Shown: positions 1 to 10,613, numbered from the stretch's first letter. The stretch: 64,000 nucleotides of DNA from Candidatus Culexmicrobium cathedralense (GCA_025061115.1 JANZKC010000001.1:416001-480000), one strand, 5' to 3'. Numbers and translations are program-made. Notes: a model not told the origin generated them from the letters alone.

Positions 1-1
1 A

Positions 2-1306
2 TGCTATGGCCATCAACTCATAGCCTACATTCTTGGAGGAAAAGTTGAAAGAGGATTAGAGGGAGAATATGGAATAAGCCTACTCGCAGTTCACAAAGAA
101 AATCAAATATTCGCAGGCACGCCTAAGCAGCAGAAAGTATGGATGTCCCACAGAGATCAAGTAGTAGAGCTTCCAGAAAACTTCGAAATCCTCGCCTCAA
201 CTCAATACACTCAAATAGCTGCATACAGGTGCATCGACTCGCCAATATATGGACTTCAATTCCACCCGGAAGTTAGACACACAAAATATGGTAAAAGAAT
301 ACTGAAAAACTTCCTATACCAGATCTGCAAGTGCAAACCTTCATGGAGGTTAAGCGACTTCATAAAGAGGAAGGTGGAGGAAATCAAGCAAATTGCAGCC
401 AACAGCAACGTAATTATGGCTGCCAGTGGAGGAGTAGATTCGACAACAGCAGCCTACCTAATAAAGTTGGCCGTAGGAGATAGGCTACACCTAGTTTACG
501 TCAACACTGGATTAATGCGGGAAGGCGAAGGCGAAAGCGTAATAAGGACGCTCAAGAAGCTGGGCTTCAAAAATGTGCACTACATCGAAGCAGAGAAAAT
601 CTTCCTAGAAAAATTAAGGGGAGTCATAGACCCAGAAATGAAAAGGAGAATTATCGCTAAAACGTTTATCGAACTATTTGAGGAAAAAGCTAGAGAACTC
701 GAAAAACAATATGGGAAATTCGAGTTTCTAGGTCAAGGAACCATATACCCCGACAGAATAGAAAGCGGGCAAGCCAGTCCTCTTGCAGATAGAATAAAAA
801 GCCACCACAACGTCGTACTTCCAAAAGGAATGAAATTGAAGCTAATCGAACCAATAGCAGACCTATATAAAGATGAAGTTAAAAGACTCGCCTTAAAACT
901 TGGGCTTCCAAGAGAAGTAGTTAAAAGACACCCCTTCCCAGGCCCAGGATTAGCAATAAGAATCATCGGGGAAGTTACCAAAGATAAGTTGAAGATATTA
1001 AGAGAAGCAGATAAAATTGTTGAAGAAGAAATGAAGAAAAGCGGATGGTACTGGAAAGTCTGGCAGGCGTTTCCAGCGCTTCTCTCAATAAAAACCGTGG
1101 GAGTCATGGGAGACCAAAGAGCCTACGAATATGCAATTGCACTGAGAGTCGTATGGAGCGAAGATGGAATGACGGCCGACTTCGTCAAGCTACCCTGGAA
1201 GCTACTTGAAAGAATAGCAAGTAGAATAGTTAATGAAGTCGAAGGAGTAAATAGGGTACTCTACGACGTAACTAATAAACCGCCATCAACAATAGAATAC
1301 GAGTAA
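2..1306 (+). CDS. guaA: GMP synthase (glutamine-hydrolysing), fused GATase + synthetase, 5'-truncated by the window edge
   Basis: Frame is open from position 2 (CYGHQL, catalytic Cys), then MSHRD, GLQFHPEV, SGGVDS, QGTIYPD, HPFPGPGL and KPPSTIEYE motifs. Confidence 0.97.
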   Translation, partial: CYGHQLIAYILGGKVERGLEGEYGISLLAVHKENQIFAGTPKQQKVWMSHRDQVVELPENFEILASTQYTQIAAYRCIDSPIYGLQFHPEVRHTKYGKRILKNFLYQICKCKPSWRLSDFIKRKVEEIKQIAANSNVIMAASGGVDSTTAAYLIKLAVGDRLHLVYVNTGLMREGEGESVIRTLKKLGFKNVHYIEAEKIFLEKLRGVIDPEMKRRIIAKTFIELFEEKARELEKQYGKFEFLGQGTIYPDRIESGQASPLADRIKSHHNVVLPKGMKLKLIEPIADLYKDEVKRLALKLGLPREVVKRHPFPGPGLAIRIIGEVTKDKLKILREADKIVEEEMKKSGWYWKVWQAFPALLSIKTVGVMGDQRAYEYAIALRVVWSEDGMTADFVKLPWKLLERIASRIVNEVEGVNRVLYDVTNKPPSTIEYE

Positions 1307-1369
1307 CAACAAATCATCAGCAACAAGAATTTTAAGTAAAAACATAGCGTAATTGCAAGCGGTGAAACC

Positions 1370-2137
1370 ATGATTCCAACGGGAGCCGCACCACCCAGAA
1401 GAACACCAGTAATAACTTGGACACTAATATCTTTAAACGTAATAATATTCTTCTACCTAATCTTTAAAGGCGGAAGAGCATTTGAAATTGCAACCATGAA
1501 GTACGGCATGATACCATCTCAAATACTCAATGGAAAAAAGCTCTACACCATAATCACATCAATGTTCCTTCATGGAGACGTCTTTCACTTACTTGGAAAC
1601 ATGATATACCTCCACGTCTTTGGAAGCGGAGTAGAATCTAGAATGGGAAGAATCAAGTTCATAATATTTTACTTCGCCAGCGGAATATGCGCATCACTAG
1701 TCCACATAATAATTCAAGTGCTATTCGCATATCCAATAATCATCTACGGCCCATATCACATACCAATAAAGGTTGTAAATCCACTTAACATCCCATGCAT
1801 TGGAGCTAGCGGAGCAATATCTGGAGTGCTCGGAGCATACCTCTTAATGTTTCCATACTCGAAAGTAAGCATAATGACTTACACCATCTTCGGACTTCCC
1901 ATAGTGATTTCACTTCCTGCAGTGATGTTCATTGGATTTTGGTTCCTATATCAGCTCTACATGGGATTTCTAAGTCTAGCAGCGCCATTCATCTACTACT
2001 CGGGCGTAGCATTCTGGGCGCACATTGGGGGATTCATAAGCGGAATGATGCTATGCCTAATTCTCGGGCGCCAAGCTAGAAGGAGAAGGATAATATACTA
2101 CAGAGGTAGAAGGTGGTACGAAGTACCAGTAAGCTAA
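1370..2137 (+). CDS. Rhomboid family intramembrane serine protease
   Basis: TSMFLHG..HLLGNM, GASGAISG, AFWAHIGG. Confidence 0.95.
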   Translation: MIPTGAAPPRRTPVITWTLISLNVIIFFYLIFKGGRAFEIATMKYGMIPSQILNGKKLYTIITSMFLHGDVFHLLGNMIYLHVFGSGVESRMGRIKFIIFYFASGICASLVHIIIQVLFAYPIIIYGPYHIPIKVVNPLNIPCIGASGAISGVLGAYLLMFPYSKVSIMTYTIFGLPIVISLPAVMFIGFWFLYQLYMGFLSLAAPFIYYSGVAFWAHIGGFISGMMLCLILGRQARRRRIIYYRGRRWYEVPVS

Positions 2138-2760
2138 TCTTCAACATAACCCCTATACTTCTCAAATATTGTTGGAGCAACCTTTAAAACCTCCTTGAGC
2201 ATAAGCTTAGCCATCATTCTAATTTCCCACTGCGCATCTTTGGCCAACCTCAAGCTGAAGAAGTGGAGGAGCTCCCTAGCATTCATGGTAACTACAATTG
2301 AAGTCTCAATGGCTTGGGGTATAAGGTATCTAGCATCCTCCCTAGGAATACCAAGCTTCAATAGAGTTTCATACCCTCGCTTAGCCGCCTCAATCACTTC
2401 ATCGAAAATCCGCTTGGCCTTATCATTCACCTCTATTGAAGGTGGAACAACGTAGTTTGCATCCACAAGACTAATAGCCCTCTGACTCTGCTGACTATAA
2501 GAAGCAATTCTATGCCTCACGAGCTGATGCGAAGTCACCCTCGAAATACCTTCAATTAAAAAGGTAAAGGAAGCATGTTCAATGGGGCTTAGATGACCCA
2601 TTTTAATGCAGTGCCTAATCAGCCTCTTAATATCATTGTCGCCTAACTCCCGATAAATTTGATCTGCACCTTTACTGCTTCTGCATTGCCTAATAGCAGC
2701 GGCAACAACTCTCTCAGGCTCAGGAGTGTAAGCAAGCAAGACGACTCGCATCAAGTCCAC
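2134..2760 (-). CDS. thyX: FAD-dependent thymidylate synthase
   Basis: GHLSPIEH, SHQLVRHRIASYSQQSQR signature, EDARY, AQWEIR. Confidence 0.97.
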   Translation of the reverse strand: MDLMRVVLLAYTPEPERVVAAAIRQCRSSKGADQIYRELGDNDIKRLIRHCIKMGHLSPIEHASFTFLIEGISRVTSHQLVRHRIASYSQQSQRAISLVDANYVVPPSIEVNDKAKRIFDEVIEAAKRGYETLLKLGIPREDARYLIPQAIETSIVVTMNARELLHFFSLRLAKDAQWEIRMMAKLMLKEVLKVAPTIFEKYRGYVED

Positions 2761-2814
2761 CGAGAATACTTACATCAGAAAAAACTTAACATTAACGAAT
2801 CATTATTTGTTTGT

Positions 2815-3054
2815 GTGAAAAAAGTCAAAGTCAAGATAAAAGCCGAAAACTGCCTAGGATGCGCAGGATGCATAATACTAGCACCAAAGCTATTCGAATA
2901 CGATGAGAAAGCCAAAGCTAGAATCAAAAAAGCCTATAGAGCCGACGAAAATGAAAGGATAGGCGTCATCTCAGACGAAGACCTCATAAAGCTCGTCAAG
3001 CAGATAGCATCCCTATGCCCGACATACTCAATCGAAATTGAGGAGCAAAACTAA
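2815..3054 (+). CDS. Single-cluster 4Fe-4S/3Fe-4S ferredoxin
   Basis: CLGCAGC...LAPKLF and C-terminal CPTYSI; likely GTG start at 2815 because the longer ORF overlaps thyX. Confidence 0.85.
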   Translation: MKKVKVKIKAENCLGCAGCIILAPKLFEYDEKAKARIKKAYRADENERIGVISDEDLIKLVKQIASLCPTYSIEIEEQN

Positions 3055-3108
3055 AGCAATATAAAGCATTTTGTGCTCACACAAACAAGGGAATTGGAGG
3101 ATATTGAT

Positions 3109-4404
3109 GTGGCGACCCAGCTGATAAGTGCTCGAAATGGAAAGATAAGTGAAGAAGTGAAAAAGGTAGCTAAAATAGAGGGAATTGAAGCAGAAAAAAT
3201 AGCTAGAAGAGTTGCTAGAGGATTAATAATTATTCCTAAAAACGTCAAAAGAGAAAACATAAAGATTGTTGGAGTAGGACTTGGCCTCAAAACCAAGGTT
3301 AATGTGAATATAGGAACCTCAACATTTCAAGCTGACATAAATATGGAAATCGAGAAAGCCAAGATAGCCATCAAATATGGAACAGACACAATTATGGACT
3401 TAAGCACAGGAGGAGATCTAAACGCCATCAGAAGAAAGCTCATGGAAGTAGCTCCAGTCCCATTCGGTACAGTTCCAATATATCAAGCATTCATAGAAGC
3501 AACAAGAAAAAGGGGAGCAGGAATATACATGAATGAAGACGACATATTCGATACCATTGAACTTCACATGAAAGACGGCGTGGACTTCATGACAATCCAC
3601 GCAGGAATAACAAAAGAAATAGCTAAAAAGACGGTAAAAAGCAATAGGGTTGCAGGAATAGTTAGTAGAGGAGGAGCAATACTAACTGCATGGATGCTAT
3701 ACAACGATAAGGAAAATCCACTATACAAAAACTACGACTACCTATTAGAGCTATGCAGAGAGTATGACGTAGTAATAAGCTTAGGAGACGCCCTAAGACC
3801 CGGAGCAATAACAGACGCACACGACTACCCTCAAATGGCTGAAATGCTTACAGTAGCCAAGCTTGTTGAAAAATCCTGGGAAAAAGGAGTACAAGTCATG
3901 GTGGAAGGCCCAGGCCATGTACCTCTCAATCAAGTTGCAGCAAACATCAAGCTAGAAAAAGCATTATGCAAAGGAGCGCCATACTACGTCCTCGGACCAC
4001 TAGTAACAGATATAGCTGCAGGCTACGACCACATTGCAGCTGCAATTGGAGCAGCCATGGCGGCAGCTGAGGGCGCAGACCTAATATGCTACCTAACACC
4101 CGCGGAACACCTATCACTCCCAACCCCCGAAGACGTAAAAGAAGGACTAATTGCAGCTAAAATAGCTGCCCACGCAGGAGACATAGTTAAATTAGGGGAA
4201 AGAGCATTAAAAGAGGACCTCGAAATGTCAACTGCGAGAGCAAATCTAGACTGGAACAAAATTTACAAATTATCCCTAGACCCTACAAAGGCCAGATCAA
4301 TGCACGAGCGATTCGGCCTGGCCAAGGGAGCATGTACGATGTGCGGAGAGCTCTGCGTATACATACTCTTATCAAAGCTTAAGGGTGAGCGTCTTGAAAG
4401 CTAA
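3109..4404 (+). CDS. thiC: Phosphomethylpyrimidine synthase ThiC (ThiC/Bza family)
   Basis: [57 protein letters not shown]; GTG at 3109 follows GGAGG. Confidence 0.93.
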   Translation: MATQLISARNGKISEEVKKVAKIEGIEAEKIARRVARGLIIIPKNVKRENIKIVGVGLGLKTKVNVNIGTSTFQADINMEIEKAKIAIKYGTDTIMDLSTGGDLNAIRRKLMEVAPVPFGTVPIYQAFIEATRKRGAGIYMNEDDIFDTIELHMKDGVDFMTIHAGITKEIAKKTVKSNRVAGIVSRGGAILTAWMLYNDKENPLYKNYDYLLELCREYDVVISLGDALRPGAITDAHDYPQMAEMLTVAKLVEKSWEKGVQVMVEGPGHVPLNQVAANIKLEKALCKGAPYYVLGPLVTDIAAGYDHIAAAIGAAMAAAEGADLICYLTPAEHLSLPTPEDVKEGLIAAKIAAHAGDIVKLGERALKEDLEMSTARANLDWNKIYKLSLDPTKARSMHERFGLAKGACTMCGELCVYILLSKLKGERLES

Positions 4405-4873
4405 GTTAATGAGAATTTGGGTTAAAACACCCATACTAAAAAATTCAGACCTGCTAATTATCGGCGAGTGCACTCAAGTAGTAAACCCGAAGGCAGTTGA
4501 AGAGCTAGGCGAAGGAAAGGTCATCCTAACATACTGCCCTGAAGGAGAAGGAGCGCTAGCCTATGGAAAAATCGCATCAATAATTAGAGCTTCAAAGCCC
4601 TCCAGCATAACTGTCCTAACAGTAGACGGATCACCTCACTGCCTACTAATACATGCAGCAGTTAACGAAGCAATATTCGAAGTAGGCGAAAAAGTTGAAC
4701 AGCACCACTACGTGTTAGTCAATGGGAAGAAGCTAGTTAAAGTAAGTCCAGACGCAATAAGAGTAGCCAGGTATCTAAGCTTAGTCCAAAAACTAATCAA
4801 TGAAAAACCCGAAATTCTCACTGAACTAGAAAAATTAAGCCTAGAGTACAAGTACTATAAAAGGCTGAAGTAA
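4385..4873 (+). CDS. Conserved Cys-containing protein overlapping thiC (putative Fe-S/metal-binding)
   Basis: IIGEC, YCPE and VDGSPHC motifs; overlaps thiC 3' end by 20 nt. Confidence 0.6.
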   Translation: MSVLKAKLMRIWVKTPILKNSDLLIIGECTQVVNPKAVEELGEGKVILTYCPEGEGALAYGKIASIIRASKPSSITVLTVDGSPHCLLIHAAVNEAIFEVGEKVEQHHYVLVNGKKLVKVSPDAIRVARYLSLVQKLINEKPEILTELEKLSLEYKYYKRLK

Positions 4874-4930
4874 GTGAACGGGCAAAACCCAATAGGGTAG
4901 AAGCTGGCAGTGCATAAGCAATCATCAAAA

Positions 4931-5611
4931 CTAAGATTCCACAAACACCTCAACCTCAACTTCATCTCCATCTTTCAATTTCAATTCATCCCTAAGCTTC
5001 TTAGACGAAATAACCTCTATAACATCCTCCCCATAATGAGTTCGCTCAATCAAGATAACAGCGCCATCAACTCCACGTATTTTAGCCTTAAAGCATTTAG
5101 CTCCACCATAAGTTCTACGCCCATTTGAAAAGCCCTTAATTTTAATTCCAGGAAGGCTACTCAGCAGCTTTTTAACCTCAAGATCATGAATACCCTTCAA
5201 CTTCAAATTCAAAGTTCCTAAATATGGCTTAAACCCAAGCTTCTTCACAAACTGCTCATAGTAATATGGAATTGACATGTAGTAAGCTCCTTCACCAAAA
5301 CCACTAAAAACATAACCCCTAACCCTAAATGACCTCGGAACTTCGGAAAACACTCTCTTCAAATTCATGTAGACTTCACGAAGAACTTTCAAACCTTCAT
5401 CAGTTATCCTCACAAATTGCCCACGCTTAGAAACCTCCCTATCAATCAACTTTAATTCCTCAAGCTCCTTAAGCCACCTTGAAGCAGACTGTTGAGAAAT
5501 ACCCATAAGCTTACCAAAATCCTTCGTTACAATGAAAACCGGCTTCCAGCAACCTCCTAGCAAGGCAAGCCTATAAAGAGCAATAAAAAGCCTTTCCTTC
5601 AACATCAACAC
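4931..5611 (-). CDS. ribK: CTP-dependent riboflavin kinase with N-terminal winged HTH (RbkR-type)
   Basis: SQQSASRWLKELE HTH; SGFGEGAYY, PYLGTLN, ERTHY, LRDELKLKDGD. Confidence 0.95.
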   Translation of the reverse strand: MLMLKERLFIALYRLALLGGCWKPVFIVTKDFGKLMGISQQSASRWLKELEELKLIDREVSKRGQFVRITDEGLKVLREVYMNLKRVFSEVPRSFRVRGYVFSGFGEGAYYMSIPYYYEQFVKKLGFKPYLGTLNLKLKGIHDLEVKKLLSSLPGIKIKGFSNGRRTYGGAKCFKAKIRGVDGAVILIERTHYGEDVIEVISSKKLRDELKLKDGDEVEVEVFVES

Positions 5612-5640
5612 CTACAATGATCGCTCTCAAAATTTAGTTT

Positions 5641-5662
5641 TATGGTTGAATTTAAAACCATA
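5641..5662. promoter_or_regulatory. Inverted repeat TATGGTT-N8-AACCATA spanning the putative ribK TATA box
   Basis: 7-bp perfect arms around TTTAAA, about 30-50 nt upstream of the ribK start. Confidence 0.35.
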
Positions 5663-5664
5663 CT

Positions 5665-6891
5665 TCACTCAGCCTTCACCTCAGGCTCCTCAACGAAAAG
5701 AAAAGTCAGCATTGAAGCAAAAATCAAGGAAAAGAAGGCCAAGTAAAATGGATAAGATTTTGAAATATTTTGATAGGTGTAACCGCCAACTATAGACCCA
5801 AGCATAAAAGCTACTTGATTTAATGTACCTTGAAAAGCAGCAGCCCTACCTCTCATGTCTCTAGGAATAAAGTCGGTAAGAAGAGCAGACAGCGTTATTG
5901 AAGACACACCTATGCAAACCGCATAAAGCATAAGCGAAATAATTGTCTGCTCAAAAGAGCTACTTAAAGTGAAAAACACTGGTGCAAAAGCAGAAATGAA
6001 AAGCGAAGAAATCAGAAGCTTAACTCTTCCAAATCTATCAGAAACATATGCTAAAATAGGTGTCAACGTCAACTTTGAAGCAGTTTGAATTATTAAAATT
6101 AAACCCCACTGAGCGGCAGTTAAACCAATAACATCTCTAGTAGCATACGTAATCCAAAACGGGTCAGCTAACCCAAAAACAAGATAAGACAAAGCGGAAA
6201 CAGCAAAAAGAGTTAAAATTTTACCAGGAAACTTCAAGACTATAAGCAGTCCATCACGTATGATGGACGTCAACGCCATCCTCTTAACGCCACTTGAAAT
6301 AAGCGTCTCCTTTAAGAAAAAAAGCCTCAAAAGACATGCAGTAAATGAAAAGACGAATAAAATTAAGTAAAGCAACCTCATCGAGGCAACGATTCCCATT
6401 TCATCCAAAAGTCTACCAGCAATGTATGGTGAAAACATTCCAAATAGAACTGGCCCGAAATTCCAAATCGCAAAACCCAAAGCCCTAACTTCAGGCTTCG
6501 TCGAATCCGCAATTATAGCTGAAAAAGCAGGATCTCTCAATCCTGAAATAAAACCATCCAAAGCCATTATTGGAATCAAATACTCCCAACTTGGAACTAC
6601 AGCCAAAAACAAATTTATAAGCGAAAGCCCAAAACTGAGCGACACCACAAGCTTCTTCCTTCCAAATCTATCAGTCATGTAGCCTCCAATAATAAGCGGA
6701 AACACACTACATGCACTCCAAATAGCAGACAATAATCCAAGATCAAGATAAGAAGCCCCCAAAGCCAAGTAGTATAAAGATGAAAATGGCCAAACCATTT
6801 GTCCAGCAAAATTCCAAAGACCACTGGTAATAGTCATTAATCCCAAATTACCTCTCAACAGTGAAATGGCGCTTCTAAGCCTCCGTAACAT
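5665..6891 (-). CDS. MFS transporter (about 12 TM)
   Basis: GYMTDRFGRKK and VSDRFGRVK motif A; ATG at 6891 after GGTG. Confidence 0.93.
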   Translation of the reverse strand: MLRRLRSAISLLRGNLGLMTITSGLWNFAGQMVWPFSSLYYLALGASYLDLGLLSAIWSACSVFPLIIGGYMTDRFGRKKLVVSLSFGLSLINLFLAVVPSWEYLIPIMALDGFISGLRDPAFSAIIADSTKPEVRALGFAIWNFGPVLFGMFSPYIAGRLLDEMGIVASMRLLYLILFVFSFTACLLRLFFLKETLISSGVKRMALTSIIRDGLLIVLKFPGKILTLFAVSALSYLVFGLADPFWITYATRDVIGLTAAQWGLILIIQTASKLTLTPILAYVSDRFGRVKLLISSLFISAFAPVFFTLSSSFEQTIISLMLYAVCIGVSSITLSALLTDFIPRDMRGRAAAFQGTLNQVAFMLGSIVGGYTYQNISKSYPFYLAFFSLIFASMLTFLFVEEPEVKAE

Positions 6892-7354
6892 CACCGACTC
6901 TCCCGTACATAGATTAAAATACGTGTTAGTCATGATCTGATAAGCGTTACGGTTACGCGATGCCTTTAATCCAAAATCAAAATAACAAGAACCACACCAT
7001 CTCATCGAGAAAATATCCTTTTAAATATAAGAAACAATAAATGAAATTTAAGGTCTTCTTTAAATCCCTAACTTTAAAAATTAGAATATCTAATTAAAGT
7101 AAATTACAAATCTCAGAATAATTACAATAATATTATCAGCAATTATAACAATGCCTATTGGCACTGGATACCATTTTTCTGCAATCATAGCTATGCTAAC
7201 AATGTTAATAGCAATGCGGCTAAACGCTCAATCAAACGCGCACTGGTAATTCTTGCGTAATATTCAATTGAATATATTAAGTTCATTGGAATCAAAAATA
7301 AATAGGTAAAAGTTCCTTCAACACTCATCCATTCAATTAAATGGTAAGAACTGT

Positions 7355-7449
7355 TGGTAGCCGGGGGGAGATTCGAACTCCCGTCGGCGGGGCTCTCCGG
7401 CTTTGAAGCCTCCAGAGCCCGCCATGCTTGGCCGCTACACCACCCGGCT
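7355..7449 (-). tRNA. tRNA-Gln(CUG) with a 19-nt canonical 37/38 intron (7393-7411) and encoded CCA
   Basis: Acceptor AGCCGGG/CCCGGCT-A-CCA; anticodon arm GCGGG-CT-CTG-G^..C-CCCGC; T arm GGGAG-TTCGAAT-CTCCC; bulge-helix-bulge (CTCT/GGAG helix, GGCT-TCAA-AGCC stem); TATA at 7478-7483. Confidence 0.97.
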
Positions 7450-7562
7450 TCAATATGATTGATGGCTAAGGGTGCAGTATAAATTTTTTGACTCGAAAAC
7501 AGAAATACTATTGATAACTAAGTCTTACTCCTAAAATTAAGGTAAAGAAAGAGTGCGTAGGC

Positions 7563-7877
7563 TTACCAAGTTATTAGGTTGTTTTCTGCCAGCGTTGTTA
7601 ATATTGCATAGACAATTGCTTCCATTCGATCTGCAGGTATTTCTGTTTGTTGGCTGAGTTGTACAGCCATTTTCTTTACTGTTGTTTCGCCATTGCACCT
7701 TGACCATATAGCGTATATTGCTGGTGGAAGCTGATATGTAAACTCTGTTCCTGGCACGTGAATGAGCACTCCTTGAGGAGTAACTCCTAATTCTTCACCT
7801 TGCCTTAACGGTGTTTTCTCAAGCTCTTCTGGAGAAGGCTGAGGAAGCTCAGGCATCGATTTTTCAGGTTCACTCAT
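7563..7877 (-). CDS. PqqD family / RiPP recognition element-like protein
   Basis: Y.L...AIWSRCNGETTVKKMAVQLSQ...IVYAILTTLAENNLI matches the PqqD winged-helix pattern. Confidence 0.8.
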   Translation of the reverse strand: MSEPEKSMPELPQPSPEELEKTPLRQGEELGVTPQGVLIHVPGTEFTYQLPPAIYAIWSRCNGETTVKKMAVQLSQQTEIPADRMEAIVYAILTTLAENNLITW

Positions 7878-7890
7878 GCACACAATCCTC

Positions 7891-8241
7891 CTATAAACTA
7901 AATTCTCTACTTTTCTTTCCAGACGTTTTCGTGAACTTGTTTAACTGCTCAATTTTGCCAAATCGCCCGATGCTCAACCTAGGCTCGCCTCTAAATGACG
8001 TAACATAGCCATTTTTTATGCGAATAATATCCCCCTGCTTTACTAGTCCAACATTTTCTTCCCATAAAGTGAGAATTATAGTTCCAGTATCGTCCCCAAC
8101 AGTGAATTCAGCTAATTTTAATCTTCTGCCATCGCTCGTGCGAACCACTCTCGGCTCAAAGGCTTTAAGCACTTTTACTTCAACGTTTACTCGACTCATT
8201 CCAGGCCTCAAATCCTTAACGTTCACCACGGATCTACACAC
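7891..8241 (-). CDS. ssb: Single-stranded DNA-binding protein (single OB fold, crenarchaeal type)
   Basis: VKDLRPG..VNVEVKV, VGDDTGTIILTLW, NGYVTSFRGEPRLSIGRFG. Confidence 0.9.
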   Translation of the reverse strand: MCRSVVNVKDLRPGMSRVNVEVKVLKAFEPRVVRTSDGRRLKLAEFTVGDDTGTIILTLWEENVGLVKQGDIIRIKNGYVTSFRGEPRLSIGRFGKIEQLNKFTKTSGKKSREFSL

Positions 8242-8352
8242 CTTATATTACTAGCAAGTTGCGAAGTAGAACTCCGCAACTTTCAGTGGCTTGACTATTA
8301 GAATTCAATTATTTAAGCGTTTTGCACCTAAGAAATTCAAAAATAAACTTAG

Positions 8353-8367
8353 CGAAAAATTTATATA
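8353..8367 (+). promoter_or_regulatory. BRE/TATA promoter of tfb
   Basis: CGAAAAA-TTTATATA about 120 nt upstream of the tfb ATG. Confidence 0.6.
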
Positions 8368-8486
8368 ATACTTTTTAAGGATGTTGTTATCTGCCGAATG
8401 AAGTATAAATTGCCAGGTATGTGAAATATGCTTAATTTCCCTGACGGCTTCTCATGCTTAAATTAAATAATGGGAGGTGAATAAGC

Positions 8487-9452
8487 ATGATTGCGGATGC
8501 AAGTGGAGTTGAAGTTAAGAAAGATATCAAGCTAGCTTCTGCAATAATTGATAAATGCCCTGAATGTGGAAGTACTCGTCTTCTTCGCAATTATGAGCGC
8601 GGCGAGGTTGTTTGCGCAGATTGTGGTTTAGTTATAACTGAGAAAATTATTGATATGGGTCCTGAATGGAGAGCATTCACTCCAGAAGAGAAGCAGAAGA
8701 GAAGCAGAGTCGGCTCGCCGATAACCATGACCGTTCACGACAAGGGCTTGTCAACCGTCATAGACTGGAGAGATAAGGATGCGCTAGGCAAAAAGCTTGA
8801 GCCCAAGAGAAGAATTGAAGTTATCAGGTGGAGGAAGTGGCAAATTAGAACTAGAGTTCACAGCTCAATAGATAGGAATTTAGCTCAGGCAATGAGCGAA
8901 CTTGACAGAATAAGTTCTCAGCTTGGACTTCCAAAGAGTATCAAGGAAGATGCAGCTGTAATTTATAGGAAAGCCGTTGAGAAAGGTCTTGTTAGAGGCA
9001 GAAGCATTGAAGCAGTAATGGCCGCATCAATATATGCTGCATGCAGAACGCAGAAGATTCCTAGAACGCTAGATGAAATATCTAAGTTTACGAGGTCGGG
9101 TAGAAAGGATGTAGCTAGGTGCTACAGGCTGCTTCTAAGAGAAATTGATGTTAGAGTTCCATTGGCAGATCCGGAGGCATTCATTCCTAGAATTGCAAGT
9201 GACTTGAGGTTGAGCGGCACAGTTCAGAGAAGAGCAGCTGAAATTATTAGAAGAGCCAAGCTCATGGGAATTACAGCCGGCAAGGACCCATCCGGCCTAG
9301 CTGCAGCAGCCATTTATATTGCTTCGCTACTTGAGAATGAGAGGAGAACTCAAAAAGAGATAGCTCATGCAGCCAGAGTCACTGAAGTTACCGTAAGAAA
9401 CAGGTATAAGGAGCTAGTGAAAAAGCTTAAGATCGAGCTTCCCCCTCAGTAG
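8487..9452 (+). CDS. tfb: Transcription initiation factor IIB
   Basis: CPECG...CADCG Zn ribbon, GPEWRAF, two cyclin repeats, [13 protein letters not shown]. Confidence 0.98.
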   Translation: MIADASGVEVKKDIKLASAIIDKCPECGSTRLLRNYERGEVVCADCGLVITEKIIDMGPEWRAFTPEEKQKRSRVGSPITMTVHDKGLSTVIDWRDKDALGKKLEPKRRIEVIRWRKWQIRTRVHSSIDRNLAQAMSELDRISSQLGLPKSIKEDAAVIYRKAVEKGLVRGRSIEAVMAASIYAACRTQKIPRTLDEISKFTRSGRKDVARCYRLLLREIDVRVPLADPEAFIPRIASDLRLSGTVQRRAAEIIRRAKLMGITAGKDPSGLAAAAIYIASLLENERRTQKEIAHAARVTEVTVRNRYKELVKKLKIELPPQ

Positions 9453-10482
9453 CACTTTTCTTTTTAATTCTCGCCAATTTCTTCGCTATCTTTAAGTCCT
9501 TTAAAGTTAGAGGCTTAACTTTCAGGTATCCAGCATCAACAGCAGCTTTCAACAGCTCTTCGCCAACTGCAGTTCTAACTATAATTGTAGACCAGCCGCT
9601 TGGGGAGTCTACTCCACCAACAGATAAGTCAGCAAGCTCGGCTGTAAAGTCGCTGCACCTCTCGCAGCCGCTCCTCGCATACTTCTTTACCTCCTTCACT
9701 GGAACATCAACAAGGACTTTGTCGCCAGCTTTAACAATGAAGCGCCCACCAGCTATTTCAAACTTCGTAACGCTAGCTAGATCGACGTTCATGCTCGCAA
9801 GAAACTCCTTTACAAGCTTGCTATAATAGAAGCTTTCAGAGCAGAACAACCCAATTAGAAATTTAACTCTAGTTCCAAACTTCGTATACCCGTAGTCTGA
9901 ATACTGCATTTTCCTCACAGCCCTAATTTGGCAGCCCACACCTACAACACCTATCTTATCAGCGCCATACTCCTCAACAGCTGAAGCAAGAGCAATCAAG
10001 GATGGGCTAGACGTATACTTTGACCCTGCAGCCTTCAGTAGATCTTCCTTGCTGAAAGCCACCATGGGCTTAGGCTTCCAAGGCTCATCCTCGCTAATGC
10101 CAGTCACAACAGCACAGTCTATTAAGCCCTTATCAATCGCATAATTCAATATCGCAGTTACTGCACCACCATCTTGAGCAACCTTTACAACATCTTCATC
10201 AACAGCCCTAGCAGCATAAACCGACTTAACAAACCCCAAAACATCACTTGGCACTTCATTGAAAAGTGCTTTTTCAACGACGCTCCAATCAAATGGAGTT
10301 TTAGGACATTGATTATAACAGTATCCGCATGCAACGCATCTACCAATCAATGACGGCGCTTCATCTTTAACACCAATAGCTACCACTGGACATGAAGCTA
10401 TACAAGCACCGCAAAAAGTGCAAATTCCGGGCCTTATAACCTCACCTATCAGATGACCGAAAATCTTAGCCCTCACTCTCAA
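9427..10482 (-). CDS. Coenzyme F420 hydrogenase/dehydrogenase beta subunit (FrhB/FdhB family) with N-terminal 2x4Fe-4S
   Basis: [65 protein letters not shown]. Confidence 0.92.
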   Translation of the reverse strand: MRVRAKIFGHLIGEVIRPGICTFCGACIASCPVVAIGVKDEAPSLIGRCVACGYCYNQCPKTPFDWSVVEKALFNEVPSDVLGFVKSVYAARAVDEDVVKVAQDGGAVTAILNYAIDKGLIDCAVVTGISEDEPWKPKPMVAFSKEDLLKAAGSKYTSSPSLIALASAVEEYGADKIGVVGVGCQIRAVRKMQYSDYGYTKFGTRVKFLIGLFCSESFYYSKLVKEFLASMNVDLASVTKFEIAGGRFIVKAGDKVLVDVPVKEVKKYARSGCERCSDFTAELADLSVGGVDSPSGWSTIIVRTAVGEELLKAAVDAGYLKVKPLTLKDLKIAKKLARIKKKSATEGEARS

Positions 10483-10613
10483 TTGAGATCACCGCGCAAT
10501 TCAGTTTCACTTCTAAATATTAATAAGAGTTACTACAAATTAATGAGGAAAGCTAATAAGTCTCTATATGCGAGTTTTATAGTACGTCGAGACATGCTCA
10601 TTGGAGGATTCCA

